Source: Escherichia coli | Lineage (GTDB): Bacteria > Pseudomonadota > Gammaproteobacteria > Enterobacterales > Enterobacteriaceae | Strand: one strand, 5' to 3' | Assembly (NCBI RefSeq): GCF_036507355.1 | Contig: NZ_AP027877.1 | DNA: 64,000 nucleotides | Part shown: positions 63,523 to 64,000 of the stretch, piece by piece | How the letters are laid out: each line of letters starts with the position of its first letter | Numbering within the stretch: position 1 is the stretch's first letter | The notes under the pieces: generated by a model | The model's input: only the letters and a program-made list of their open reading frames with translations | Databases searched by the model: none | Told to the model about the DNA's origin: nothing | Translations under genes and position numbers: made by a program

Positions 63523-64000
63523 ATGACTGACAGTGAACTGATGCAGTTAAGCGAACAGGTTGGGCAGGCGCTGAAAGCCCGTGGCGCAACCGTAACAACT
63601 GCTGAGTCTTGTACCGGCGGTTGGGTAGCGAAAGTGATTACCGATATTGCCGGTAGCTCCGCCTGGTTTGAACGCGGATTTGTCACCTACAGTAACGAAG
63701 CCAAAGCGCAGATGATCGGCGTACGTGAAGAGACGCTGGCGCAGCATGGCGCGGTGAGTGAACCCGTCGTGGTGGAAATGGCGATAGGTGCACTGAAAGC
63801 GGCTCGTGCTGATTATGCCGTGTCTATTAGTGGTATCGCCGGGCCGGATGGCGGCAGTGAAGAGAAGCCTGTCGGCACCGTCTGGTTTGCTTTTGCCACT
63901 GCCCGCGGTGAAGGCATTACCCGGCGGGAATGCTTCAGCGGCGACCGTGATGCGGTGCGTCGTCAGGCTACTGCGTATGCATTGCAGACCTTGTGGCAAC
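63523..64000 (+). CDS. pncC: NMN amidohydrolase PncC (CinA-like C-terminal domain); 3' end beyond window
   Basis: Open frame from ATG 63523 to the window edge: MTDSELMQLSEQVGQALKARGATVTTAESCTGGWVAKVITDIAGSS. Confidence 0.85.
   Translation, partial: MTDSELMQLSEQVGQALKARGATVTTAESCTGGWVAKVITDIAGSSAWFERGFVTYSNEAKAQMIGVREETLAQHGAVSEPVVVEMAIGALKAARADYAVSISGIAGPDGGSEEKPVGTVWFAFATARGEGITRRECFSGDRDAVRRQATAYALQTLWQ

Overview
This window is an Escherichia coli-type chromosomal segment, reversed relative to the K-12 map, running ygcN-queD-cysJIH through the CRISPR/iap region, cysDNC, ygbE-ftsB-ispDF-truD-surE-pcm-nlpD-rpoS, pphB-mutS, ygbA, fhlA, the hyp and hyc hydrogenase-3 operons, ascBFG, hydN-hypF, norWVR, gutQ, the srl operon, mltB and the start of pncC. 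No rRNA or tRNA genes were seen. The main departures from a plain core-genome region are: (1) a decayed type I-E CRISPR-Cas locus, with cas3 split by a complete IS1 carrying a perfect 9-bp target-site duplication, the Cascade genes deleted, a casD start fused to a 5'-truncated cas1, an intact cas2 and a 3-spacer array; (2) a hok/sok-like type I toxin-antitoxin locus with an intact Hok reading frame between cysH and cas3; (3) the non-K-12 form of the rpoS-mutS region (MarR/SlyA-like regulator plus UbiX-like/UbiD-like/small-subunit decarboxylase genes); (4) a stand-alone tandem-TOBE (Mop-like) gene between fhlA and ygbA; (5) a small lower-GC islet between hycI and ascB carrying a secreted protein of unknown function and a HigB/HigA-like toxin-antitoxin pair. 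I did not find a convincing multi-gene system that looks genuinely undescribed; the hycI-ascB islet and the CRISPR-Cas decay junctions are the best candidates for follow-up. All calls come from reading the sequence and ORF translations against remembered protein families; no database search was run, and all comparisons to K-12 gene content are from memory.
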